DNA of 64,000 nt, taken from the NCBI RefSeq assembly GCF_036321535.1, contig NC_087436.1, positions 21,702,001 through 21,766,000 of the forward strand, given 5' to 3'. Numbering within the stretch: the first letter of the stretch is position 1; each line of letters begins with the position of its first letter. Made by a program: the position numbers and the translations under genes. The notes under the pieces were generated by a model. It searched no databases. It saw only the letters and a program-made list of their open reading frames with translations, and was not told the DNA's origin. This document shows, in pieces, positions 35,930 through 47,850 of the stretch. The stretch comes from Camelus dromedarius. Lineage: Eukaryota.

Positions 35930-38900
35930 AGAGGCTAAAGAAGAAAAATTATATGATATCTATTGGTGCAGAAAAAGCAACTGACAGAAGTCCAATACCC
36001 ATTTATGATTAAAAAATTTCATCAAACTATGAATAGAGGGGAACTTCCTCAACTTGATAAAGAACATCTACAAAAAAAACCTACAGTCAACATCGTACTT
36101 AATGGTGAGAAACTGGATACTTTCCTTCTAAGATCTGAAACAAGGCAAGGATGTTCACTCTTACCAATCCTATTCAACCTCATACTGCAAGTACTAGCTC
36201 ATGCAGTAAGACAGTAAAACGTAATGCAAGGTATATAGATTGGGAAGGGATTGTTTGCAGATGACATGATTATCTATGTAGAAATCCCAAAGAATTGATG
36301 GGGAAAAAAATCCCCAAAGAAGTAACTAAGAATAGCTAGTTAGCAAGATTCAATGTTAATATACAATAATCAATTGTTTTCTTACATACCAGAAATTAAC
36401 AATTTGATTTTGAAAATTAAAAAAAATACCATTTACAGTAGCACCAAAAAGTGAAATACTTAGAGGTGTAAAACTAACAAAATATGTATAGGATGTATAA
36501 ATGGAAAACCACAAAACTCTTATGAAATAAATCAAAGAATATCTAAACATAATACAGAGATACTCTGTGTCGTTGGATTGGAAGACTCAATACTGTCAAG
36601 ATGTCAGTTCTCTTATTTGATCTTTACATTCAGTGCATTCCCAACAAAAATCCCAGCAATCTATTTTAAACTTTATATGGAAAGCTGGGACACATGAAAA
36701 AGCCATACAATACTGCAGAAGAACAAAGTTGTTGGACTTATACCAACAGATTTCAAGACTTACTGTACAGCAATAATAATCAACAGAGTATGGAATCAGT
36801 GAAAGAACAGACACATAGATTAATGAAATTGAATATAGCACCCAGAAATAAACTAATGCAAATGTAGTCAATTGATCCTTGATAAAGAAACAAAGGTAAT
36901 TCAGTGGGGAAAGGATATTTTTTAACAAATGGTGCTGAAACAATTGGACATTCATCCACAAGAAAATGAATTCTAAACACAGAGCTTACAATCGCTTACA
37001 AAAATTAAATCAAAATGGATCATAGAGATAATTGGAAAATGTAGAAGTACAAAACGTAAAATATGAAACTACAGAGTTTTTAGAAGTAATATAGGAGAAT
37101 ATCTAGGTGACCTTGGGTTTGGTGGTAACTTTTAAGATACAGCACCAGAAGCATGATCCATAAATAAAAACCTTATCTGTTGGACTTCTTAAAATTAAGA
37201 GCTTATGCTCTACGAGTGACACTTATTAAGAGAGTGAAAAGACAAGTCACAGAGGGGCAGAAAATATTTTCAAAATTCATATTTGATGAAAGTCTCTTCT
37301 CTAAAATATATAAAGAATTTTTTAAAAAATTCAAACAATCTGATTTTTAAACTGGGGAAAGGATCCAAACTGACACCTCACTAAAGGAAACATATAGATG
37401 GTAAATAAGGATAGGAAAAGAAGCCAACATCATTTGTCACAAGGGAACTTGAAGTTAAAACAGCAGTGAGACACCATGATGGCACGTGGGTTGAATAAGT
37501 GAAGTGTGGGAGACACTTAAGGATGGTTAAACAATTCTGTATTCAATTATACTGGTGGATACATGACACTATGCATTTGTCAAAACCCATAGACCTTTCC
37601 AGCACAATGAGTGAACCTTAATGTATGCAAATTAAAAAAAAAACATTAGTACCTTGGGAGGATTCCCAGAATAGAATGCAGACTTTAATGAAACATGTAA
37701 CTGTATTACAAAAAGTATGAGACAGCCTCACTGAATGGGGTAAGGGGGAATAGATACTGATTAAGTAAGTTTGGAAATGAGTTGAATCCTTAAGAGTAAA
37801 GTCAAAAGAAACCATGAATAAGAACTACATAAAATTGCTTCCCACCTGGGGACAGGTTACAGTTTGGGCATTGCTTTACAAGTATCCTCGAACAGCTAAG
37901 TACACGGGGAATGGATAGTGGGAGCCAGATTTCTCAGTGTGGGAGTGGAAATTTGCAGATAAGTAACGGAGGAAGCTAGAATGATTCATGTAATGGATTA
38001 GAGTTGGAGCCATCGATGGGAACTCCTGTTTAGTTTAATACAGGTGCAAGTAGTTACATATGGAAATATTTTTAGACATGCATATAACATGGGTAAGTAT
38101 ATACACACATATTTTTTGCTCTGTGAGCTGAAAGAACCTCCAAGCAACTTCACCCCAATAGCAATAAGCATATCTAACTCTCTAACATATGGTTTCTAAT
38201 ATCATTCTTTAGTGTATAAATTATATAAAACCAGGCATCTGGGAGGAATGGTTGATTTTAGATGTGGGCCAGAAAATATACAAGATGAGCTCATAGAATC
38301 TTACAGTGCCTGAAAGTGAGGAACTACTTGAATAAACAAATAAATAAACAAAATCAAACAAATAAAACCCCTCAAAGAAATACAGGAGCCAACTGAAGGA
38401 GTTTCCAGTAGCCAAAGCTGGAATAATTCCAGGGACAAAATGAATAAAGCAATACTGGACTGTAATGCAAAGTATAAAATAAATATCTGTGGGTCTCTAA
38501 AGGTATAAATAAATGACTTAAAAATAAGTAGATGGGGGACAAAGACAAATGTCCTATGCAAATGGATTCCAAATAATGTATGTTGATATTCCATCTGCAA
38601 AGAGATGGTGCTTAGCTCCCCACTCTTTAAATATGGGATCTGTACCGTGATGTTCCTCCAGAGAGTACAGTGTGGAAAGGGGGGTGAGGGAGGAGCAACT
38701 ACAGGTGGAGAAATCTGCGAAACACCACCTCACTGTGTGATCAAGGCCAGCATCAGCAGTGATGACACGTCCACAGTGTGGGCTTTTGACATATGTTAAA
38801 AATGTCACTTTACCAACACGGTCTTCCTCCCTAAACCCATCATCTTGGTCTAATGGTGAGAAAATCATCAAACAATTCTGATTTAAGGACATTCTACTAG

Positions 38901-39455
38901 ATACTTGACCAGTATTCCTTAAAAGTGCCAAGGTCATCAAAAACAAAGGAAGTCTGAGAACTTGTCATGATCAAGAGGACCCCAATGTTTGTATCTACCA
39001 TATATAAAATAGGTAAACAACAAGGGCCTACTTACAGCACAGGGAACTATATTCAATAGCTTGTAATAGCCTGTAATGGAAACGAATATGAAAAGGGATA
39101 TATATTTATATGTATAACTGAATCACTGTGCTGTACACCAGAAACTAAGACAACATTGTAAATCAGCTATATTTATATTAAAGAAAAAAAAAGGAGCCTC
39201 ATGTAACGTTGTGTCTAGATGGAGTCCTGGACATTGGTTAAAAACTAAGGAAATCTGAATACAGTCTAAACTTCAGTTAATAATAATTTGTCAATATAAT
39301 GTCACTAATTGTGACAGACGTCCCATACTAATGTTAATAGTACAGGAAATTAGGTATTTATGGTATATGTAAACTCTCCCCTCTTCTTTGCAATTTTTTT
39401 TCTGTTAAGTCTAAAATATGTTTAAGACCAAGATTTTATTTAAAGAAAGACAAAC
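35930..39455 (+). mobile_element. L1 (L1MC/MD-type): decayed ORF2 from the RT domain, plus 3' UTR
   Basis: ORF 35963-36217 gives KPTVNIVLNGEKLDTFLLRSETRQGCSLLPILFNLILQVLA (L1 RT); LFADDMIIY at 36251; many stops and frameshifts; 3' UTR is the sense counterpart of 25905-27970. Confidence 0.92.
38985..39192 (+). mobile_element. Younger cetartiodactyl L1 3' tail nested in the older L1
   Basis: aaacaacaagggcctacttacagcacagggaactatattcaat..acaacattgtaaatcagctat plus A-tail; homologous to 12410-12606. Confidence 0.88.
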
Positions 39456-39479
39456 AAAAAATGCAGAAGACGAAAATCA

Positions 39480-39895
39480 ATGAGTGACCCTCATTGATTT
39501 AGATGGAATGGTTGATTTGAAAAAATAGAGAGCGAGTATGTATGAGGTACTTATAATTAAATAAGTGCTTATGAAGTAGCTGTCGTTGGAATACTGGTAA
39601 TTCCTGCCTTCAGATATTTCACATGCTGAATGTAGAGGCATTATGCTCAGTGTAGTTTCCAGTGGATGAACAAGAACAAATGGATCAAAGTTACATGAAG
39701 CGGATTTCAACTCAGATGAAAAGAAGAATTTTCTGGTTATCAGAGCTGTCCCAATCTGACTCCTCTGCCTCTGGAGGGAGGCAGAGCACTTTCTCATCCT
39801 GGTCTTCAAGCTGAGGCTGAAGGAATGTCACGGTGAAGAGCGGCTGGAAGAGAAGGAGCCCTGAGGTGTCTTCACCTTAGATGCACTGATTCCAT
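39480..39895 (+). mobile_element. L3/CR1 3' portion
   Basis: aagaacaaatggatcaaagttacatgaagcggatttcaactcagatgaaaagaagaattttctggttatcagagctgtcc. Confidence 0.75.
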
Positions 39896-41729
39896 GTATG
39901 TTACCAACACCAGTGTGAGCACCTTGGTTCAGGCGGCTGCAGGCAGGCCCCCGAAATTAGTTATTTCGTCCAGGTGGCGAGTTTCTCTCTGATCATCTTA
40001 GAATTATACACTCCAGATAGGAAGGGAGATATCATTGTTGAGTACTGTGAGCAATGGGTTTAAGAAAAGCCTCTGTGATTACATTTGTGTACACGTAACT
40101 TCTTTCCTCTTAAAAAGAACACTAACAAAAAGTGAAAGAAAACAAAAAGAAGACATGAAACAAAGCCCCACAGTGGCTTTATACTGGATCCTCTCATCTC
40201 AGTTTTCAATACTGCCTGGTAATAACGATGCTTGTGACCAAGCCCTGTGAACAGTGATGGAGGGCAGGTATCCCCTACTGTTCTGTTACGCATCAGACCA
40301 GGTGGCTATTACCCTCCAGAAATTCAGACCAATTTAATTCTCTGCTGGGGAAACAGCACCAGGAGAAATTTTGGTCACTGCCCTTCTGCTACGTCTGACA
40401 GAAGAGTATTTTCTGCTTACGTGTTCCATACTCATGCATTTCTTCTTCACATATCTCTACTTTGTGATTCATGCTCCAAAATTAAGGCACTTCAGGAATA
40501 CAGAGACTGCAGGATCTTCTGTCATGTCTGCTCTCTAACAAACATACACATTGAAGCTCAAGCAAAGTGTAGCCCATCCAGTAAAAAATAATTTCATCAG
40601 TAGATCTCAGATTAAGAAGTATCTCAGTGTATCTGCTATAGCGAGAGAAGTAAGTGCACATGTGCATTGGTTTGCATGCGTGCCTGTGTGCATAGCCCAT
40701 GTGATTTTTTAAATAATGAACAATGTCTGTTCAATTAGAGACTTGTGCCACCTTGAAATATAAGGACATAAGTACATGGTAAATAATCTGTCTATGCCTT
40801 GGCAATGGTTTGCAAGCAAGAGTAAATGCAAATAAGGTAACTTTTTTAGTAGAAGACCGTGACCTTTGGATTTTATGTCTGCTCTCATGCCACACCAGTG
40901 TTCTAATTTCTTTGCTGATATTAATTATAGTCAAATGAATGCTATGGTGCATGACAAAGTGCAAAAGACAGCAAGACCCGTTTTTACTATGAATTTGCAG
41001 GCATAATAGCCTGGTCTCCCTGGCCCGTCTCCAGAGGATGGTTCTTGATTTTTATTTCCATCATCAGTTTCTAAGAGAATCTATTTCCTGGATTCAGACT
41101 GGGGGAGCAATGGTACTGCTAGAATGGGTCTTTAAAGCATCAGCTCACAGTGTCAGTATGCTGTCATCCTTCATCCACACCCTCCTCCGACCTCTTTGGA
41201 TAGCCACGTTCATTATTTGTGTACATGTAGGTCTCCTTTCATAGACCTTAAGCTCCTTCCCTGTTGGGGACTGTGTTGCATTTATGTGTTCATTCCTTCC
41301 AGCTCCACCATGCTGTTTTGTATTCGCTTTTGTACCTCCCTGCTATTGCCCACACTGGACCTTCAACCCTATCCCTCTTCATCCACCTACCAATATCCAC
41401 GCATTATTTAAGGGTCACCTGAAATGTTATAGCCTCCAAGGAACAGGTTGTTCGGTTGGAATTAATCACATCTTTCACTGGATCCCCGCTCCACTTTGCT
41501 CTGGTCTCTTTTATAGCTATTTCCTCTGCTGTGTGTTTTACTTATTTATGTCCATGCCCACCCCGGAGACACATGCAGGCACACACTCTGCTGGAAGCTC
41601 CTTAGGACAGCCATCCTGTTTATCCCAGCACGAGGACTGGCATCCGCTTTACACACTGCAGATGCCTCATACGTGTAAGTTTAATGACACAACACAGGAT
41701 CTTGTTGGGGGAGTTTCAGAACTATTTAT

Positions 41730-42690
41730 TCTCTAATGGCTCAAAAAATGATATCCCTAGCCTAGACCTCCCTTTTGCCTCTCTTGTACTCATGTCTCCA
41801 GTTATCTCCTTATCTCCAGTTGGCTTTCTAATTAGAATCTCATACTAAACATGGCCAGGAAACTCTTGAAATTTTTTCTAAACCTTCCTCATCTCAGTAA
41901 AAGTGGTACCATTTATAGCACCGTTTAGACTGAACCTGACAGTAAGCCTTGATTTCCCTTTTCCTCCTATTCTGTATCAGATTCATTAATAGGTCTTGTC
42001 AGTTCATTACCAAGTATGTATCTTGAATCTTACACATTTTCATCATCTCCAGATCTATAGCCCCCGTCCAAGCCACTGTGATCTCACCCCTGGATTTGTG
42101 TCACCATCATCTTACCTGAACCACAGCCTAATCAGCGTCCTGGACTCTGTTTTTTGCTCCCCTAAAATGGGTTCTCCACACAGTTGCCAGAGAACCTCTC
42201 TACTACGGCATACATCAGACCGCAGCATTTCTGGTTTTAAATCTCGCCAGTAGCTTCTACTTAGAACTAAGTGAAGACTTCTGCCACATGATCCAAAGGC
42301 CCACGTGATCTCACCTCTGAGGACCTCTGACCTTCCTCATTTCTCTCTGCCCTTCCTCATTTCTCTCCTCTGCCCTCTGTTCGCTGTGCTGTAGTTGGCC
42401 CTGTTCCTTTCCCCAGATATGGCAGGCTAGTTTGTTCGTACCTAGGAATTTATTTTTGCTGTAGTTTCAGGTCAGAGCTTCTCATGACCAGCTCGCTCTT
42501 CACGTCCTTAAAGAAGCCTTCCCTGACCACCCTGGCTCATGAGCCCCCGCAGTCGTCCTCTTCCATGATTTTGTTTCTTCCCAGCACTTCCTAGGTGCAG
42601 GACACCCTTTCTTCTTCCACTTCCCAACCAGAGTGTGATCTCTAGCATCTAAAAGAGCATCTGCCTTAATAGGAACTGACTGACCGATAG
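41730..42690 (+). mobile_element. L2 fragment
   Basis: catctccagttggctttctaattagaatctcatactaaacatggcca, cttcctcatctcagtaaa, aagaagccttccctgaccaccct. Confidence 0.75.
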
Positions 42691-44354
42691 GCTAACACCA
42701 TCTCCTTGGCAGCCTGTCTTGCATCTCTAGGTAGGTGGTTCCTTTTTAATGTGGTTAAGGATTTTTGCCCCACCTTGTGGCGATCTGCACACCTCACAGC
42801 TGTTTCCTGTGCTTGACCGTGAGCCACGCAGAAGTAGACACCGTGCTTGTGTCACCATGGCTTCTCAGAGGACTTGACACAGAGTGGTACCGAAATAGAT
42901 GAGCCCATGTGTTTCCCCTTTAATTCTGTACTCTCTCTTGCCTTCCTCATTCTTTTGCTGTTGGAACTGCTTGTTAGTTATAGGAAACTTAAATTCCTAT
43001 TAGAGCCTTTTAAAACTGAGACTGGGGAATTGATGAGGCCTGTAATTGGTAAAAGAAACTCTGACCCGAGGTTCTCGCCTAATGAAAGAATGTGGTGGGA
43101 GGGCAGTGGGAATAGTCTCACTTAGTAGAGGAGATGAAGATTTGATGCTCGTGGTACCAGTTTATTAGGTGGGAAAACCAGTGCTATTAATTCACTGAAA
43201 AAAATGATCTGTCAGAATAGTTCATCTGCTCTACAAGCTGAGAGATGGGCTTAGGTCTTTTCACCAGTTGCAGCTCTTTTACTTATATGAGCATGAGTAA
43301 ATGGAGATTTATCTTTATCATAAAATTTTACATTCATTTAAAACTGAACATTGATATTGGACTTAGGCCACTGGCTTTATTCCCAACCAAGGGGATCAAC
43401 CAGTGCCCATACTGGCAAACTCTCATGACCAAGAAACCCACTGATTTTGTAAAAACAAACAAACCAACAAAGAGTTATCAGTATTTTGCAAGCACAACCC
43501 TGTCTGTTTTTAATGCTTCCAGTATAGTCTTCTCGCACCACATTGTACTAGATTTTGAAAGTTGAGCCCCAAGAGCTAAAATCATTAAGTTGGCTTTTAA
43601 TGATTTCCTATTTCCTTTGAATCCCACCCCAAGTCCATCTTACCTCTGGAAAGATTCTGGGCCTCTTAATAATGACTTCTGATCCCAGAGAAAAAGTAGA
43701 GACTTTTTTCATGCCCTCCTCTCCTCTGTGCTTCAAAGGACCTCATTCCTCCACCCCCGCCCCATCAAATCTCCTGCTTCCTTAGTGTCTTACTTTCAAC
43801 TAGATTAATGAAGAAAAACATAGATTTGTTAATGAGTAATAACACCTCTATGTATGGATCTAAAGGTATTTGCACTTTTAAAATATAGATTCCTGGAGAG
43901 CACAACATTTTAAGAGTGATAAACTATCAGCGGTGGAATTTCAGACACATCATTAATCCATATCATGTTTTCAAACGCCTGTCATGCCCTGAATGCCTAC
44001 TCTAATGAGGACATAGTAAATTAGTGGTGTTAAAAAAAATGGTTGTCTGTAGCTTAGCTATAGTTTATTAAAATATTGCACGTTTATTTATCAAGGTCTG
44101 GTTTCAGTTTGGTGCCCAGGAAAGTAGTTGAAAGTTCCCCGCAGTGCATCATGGGAAGCTCCCTGGGCCATTCTCACCTCAGCGTGGTCCCTCTGGCTGA
44201 GTTTGCCGTGGAAGCAAAGCCCAGCAGCTGTGGGCCCTGTGAGCTTGGAAGAGCCCTCAGTGTCAGCACGTGCAAAATGGACTCACTGTTTTTTAATTCC
44301 TTTCTCTGACACGGAGTCTCTTTTTAAATTTCCTGTCTTTGTTGAAAACATTAC

Positions 44355-45810
44355 TAAACAATCAACTGTTTAAGCCAGAAACCTGGAGGTCATCTTAGAA
44401 AAATTAGCCTTTCTGAACTTTCATATATATTTAGCCACCTGAACGTATAAATTCTACCTCTCATCTTCACTGCCTTGCTTCTAGTTCGAGTTGGCCTTCC
44501 TCACGTTTACCTCAGGCTATTGCAATAGCCTTCTGTCTGATTCTTTCTGCACCCAGTGTTGTTCCTCACCAATCCGTCCTCCACCCTGCTAACAAGTTCC
44601 TAAAACATGAATCCTGCCTCTGTTCCCCATTGCCTATGAAATTAATTCCAAACTAAGGCCAAAGCTACCCTTGATCCTGCACTATCATGCTTTTCCTCTT
44701 GACAGCACGGCTTTGCTTCCTGACATTCGTCCGTGTAGCTCTAGGTTCCAGCCCCCTTGAGCCTCTAGGCTGTTCTTGCCCCTCTGACATGCTTCTGTAT
44801 ATACGATGCTCCCTCTGCATGAAATGCTTCTCCTCCTGAGGCCATTCCTACTTATCTGTCCAGATGCTGTGCAGACACAGCATCCGCCGTGAAACCTTTC
44901 TGGTTGCTGTGATCTCTGGGCAGAGTGTGTTCTCCCTGTATTGGGTAACAATTAGGCTCAATGTATGCCTTCATCAACAAATGCATTTCTTTGGGTGACA
45001 AATGCTTGATTCTTTGCTGCCTCTAATAGACTTTGACTAGATTGAGATATAACTGAGCAGGGCCCTGTAGGGCTTTCCCAGAAGTGATCTCCCCGCCACG
45101 TTCTCTGCCTGCCTCTTATTTGTAGAATAGCTGTGGTCTCCTAGGCCTCCTGTGAGTCACAAAAACCTGGCTCAGGAATTAGTGATTGAAAGGATGTGAA
45201 CAAAGAGTGACAAAAGTAGCAGTTGGCCGGGAGAATTGGTAACAATTTAAACAGTGGATCAGCCGTGCGGCAGTCACAGAATCCTTAGTTCCTCCCTGAA
45301 GTACATAGATAACATTATTTGATGCACATTCCTGAGTTGTTTTACAGATACTAAAACCCCCAAGAAATGGAAGAAACTAACTGCATGGTGACCATGAGCA
45401 CATAGCCCCCCAGACCAGCTGGAGCCTGAGGATTCATAATGTTAACCCTTGTGACCCCACCCTGTTACTTCACCATCAACCAGAGAATTTTGCGCTAGTT
45501 GGTCACACGCCCTGTGATTCCCCTCCCTCACTTTACCCTTAAAAACTCTTCCCTGAAACCCGCTGGAGAGTTTGGGTTTTTTGAACATCAGCTGCCCACA
45601 CTCCTTGTTTGGCACCTGCAGTAAACACTGCCCTCTCCTTCACACAACCCACTGTCAGTAGCTTAGCTTTAGCGCTCCTGACCCAAGTTTGGTTTGGTAA
45701 TAGGAGCAGAGTCTGTGATGTTTATTCATTTATTACTTATGTATTATTCTTATTTTTGTACCACGGGGTACAGTGTGCCTGGCATCTGGCAGGCAGTTAA
45801 TAAATATCAA
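44355..45810 (+). mobile_element. L2 fragment interrupted by an LTR
   Basis: aagccagaaacctggaggtcatcttaga, ctattgcaatagccttct; tail cagtgtgcctggcatctggcaggcagttaataaatat resumes after 45702. Confidence 0.7.
45048..45702 (+). mobile_element. ERV1-type solo LTR
   Basis: Starts tataactgagcagggcc, ends gacccaagtttggtttggtaata; ccttaaaaactcttccctgaaacc region and AGTAAA polyA variant at 45620. Confidence 0.8.
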
Positions 45811-45917
45811 AAGGCTAATAATCACAGCTAACACGATTGATTGATTTTTATGTGGTTCTAACCCTTTAACATGAATGCCTTTATTAAATCCCTCCAGCAG
45901 GGCTTTGAGGTGGATAA

Positions 45918-46420
45918 CATAGCCAGTGCTCTCAGCGCCCCATGTCACCGTTGTTTGACTCCACTCTGATCTCAGTCATCGGTGTGGCAGGTAGTTTTGT
46001 GTGAGCTCAGACTCATGCTGAGTGTTTCAGCTCAAGTCTGTGTGTGTCAATCTGCTTTCTGTCCCAGGCCTTCTCCAAAGCTGCTGGAAGCCACCAGGTC
46101 TGTTCGTGCACCTAGCACAAAAGTGAGGGGGATTTAACATCCCCAGGGCAGCCCTCAACCACAGGGGTGCCAGAGCTGGTGGGTAAGTGCTCCAGCCTCC
46201 TCGCCTTTGGGTCAGCAATTCTAAGAGGTTCTCTGTACTCTCGGAGGTCTCAGCGGAAGCCGGCTTCCATCGCTTGTGGGAGCAGCTTTGAATATTTGCT
46301 CCTATGCGGCTCTGTCTCTCCCCTGTTACTCCTCACTCCTCCCAGAGGCATCTTCCAAGCACACTGCTTACACACAAGAGCTCATCAGGTTCTGCTTTGG
46401 GGAGATCCAAATTAAGGCAC
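45918..46420 (+). mobile_element. ERVL LTR (LTR16-like) inserted into an antisense MIR (45815-45915 and 46421-46550)
   Basis: gggtcagcaattctaagagg, ctcctcactcctcccagaggcatcttccaag..caggttctgctttggggagatccaaattaaggca; MIR halves on both sides. Confidence 0.7.
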
Positions 46421-47192
46421 GTTACAACTGTTGTCCTCATTGTGTTGGATACAGAGGCCCAGGAAGGCTAAATATGTTGCCTGAGGTCTTACGGCTGGAA
46501 AGAGAGGGAGCCTGGGTTTGAAGTCAGATGGCCTTTCTGCAGAGCCCATTTCTTGAGCTCCCCTCCATCCTGAGTAAATGTCATGGCAGATGCTAGGGTC
46601 TCAAACTGAATAAGTCACCTACCCCAACAGTGTTTAAAACTTGTAGCTGACAGATTAAAGTTTGTTTTCCTCCCCTAGGTTTGGAGTACAAAGGTATATT
46701 ACTTCTTTGAACTTTTTCCCCCTCCAAGTAAATTCCCAATATTAAGTTCCACAGTGTTTGTTCCAGAGGAAGGAAAAGAACAGAAGAGTGACAGAGGAGA
46801 CGTGAAGGTGTGATCACTTGACATTCTTAAAAGAAAAAAACAACAAAACTCCATTTTTTTTTCCCTTTGTGTCTTTTAAATTTCTCTCTCCTGATCCCAA
46901 ACTTGGCAATTATAAATCTGTTCTTGAGAGAAGCCAAAAATATAAAGGAACAGAGGAATACTTGTCTGTACGCTGCTACCCAGACATGGCTATTATTTTG
47001 TCTCAGTCTCTTTTAACAGTATCGCCAGTCATCTGCTGGAACGAGCACACATGGGTTTATTTAAGCATATTTTGTATGTATGACATTTCTGGAAAATAGA
47101 AGTAAATTACTGTTTAAATCACTCATTAATTTTTGATACTTTTGTATTTTTATTTTCACTTTCTCTTGATTTTTTTACCCCTTTAGAGCCGT

Positions 47193-47609
47193 TGTTGCTG
47201 GTAATGAGGTTCTTGTCTCAGAATTCAGAGACGAGACACAGAGCTCAAGAAAGTCAAGAGAGGATTTATTAAGGGATGGCTAGTACGCTTCCAAGGGGAG
47301 AGCGGGCAGGCTCAGGTGAGCGGCTGGGCTGTTTCTTTGGCAAGTTGGTTACATGGAGTGTAAAATGAATGGGCGGAATATTCATCAAGGACGGAAGAGT
47401 TCGGGGTCGTATTCCCTGATTTCCATCCCATCTCCACCTTCCCGAGTGGTGGAGGGATTTTTGTTCTTATTTAGTCTGGACGGGAAGTGTCATGGTGTTG
47501 GTGCGTGAAGGGCACTTCTAATCTGCAAGGCTAATTTTATTGTAATGAGGGCACAATGAGCAAAAGGTTACATTCTTTGCTCATATCTATCTGTCTGCCG
47601 TCTCTAACA
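47193..47609 (-). mobile_element. ERV solo LTR, relatively young (CpG retained)
   Basis: TG...CA termini, near-TSD ccgt/cagt, reverse polyA tttatt near 47265, gaattcagagacgagacacagag. Confidence 0.75.
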
Positions 47610-47689
47610 CAGTGTTGTTAACCCTGTCTGACACCACAATCAACAAGGGAGTTAAAAGCTCCATTTTTCAGATTTCACAGTGAAGTCCT

Positions 47690-47850
47690 CTGAATAGTGG
47701 TGGTGTGGGAAGAAGAATGGGCATTTGATCATAATCTGGGAGTCCAGCATTATCTGAACCACTAAGTAGTTCCATGACCTTGGGTGACTTTATTCCCCGT
47801 TTAGGTCTCAATTTCCTAAGATGTAGAATAAGAATAAAGAGTTTACTCTA
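47690..47850 (+). mobile_element. MIR SINE
   Basis: accactaagtagttccatgaccttgggtgac..ggtctcaatttcctaagatgtagaat. Confidence 0.7.

Noticed and set aside
35963..36217. Reverse-transcriptase ORF
   Set aside because: Fragment of a decayed L1 ORF2 with surrounding stops and frameshifts; not an active or novel RT system
42331..42367. 20-bp-period tandem duplication (a similar 16-bp one lies at 58192-58227)
   Set aside because: Ordinary slippage inside old L2/MIR repeats
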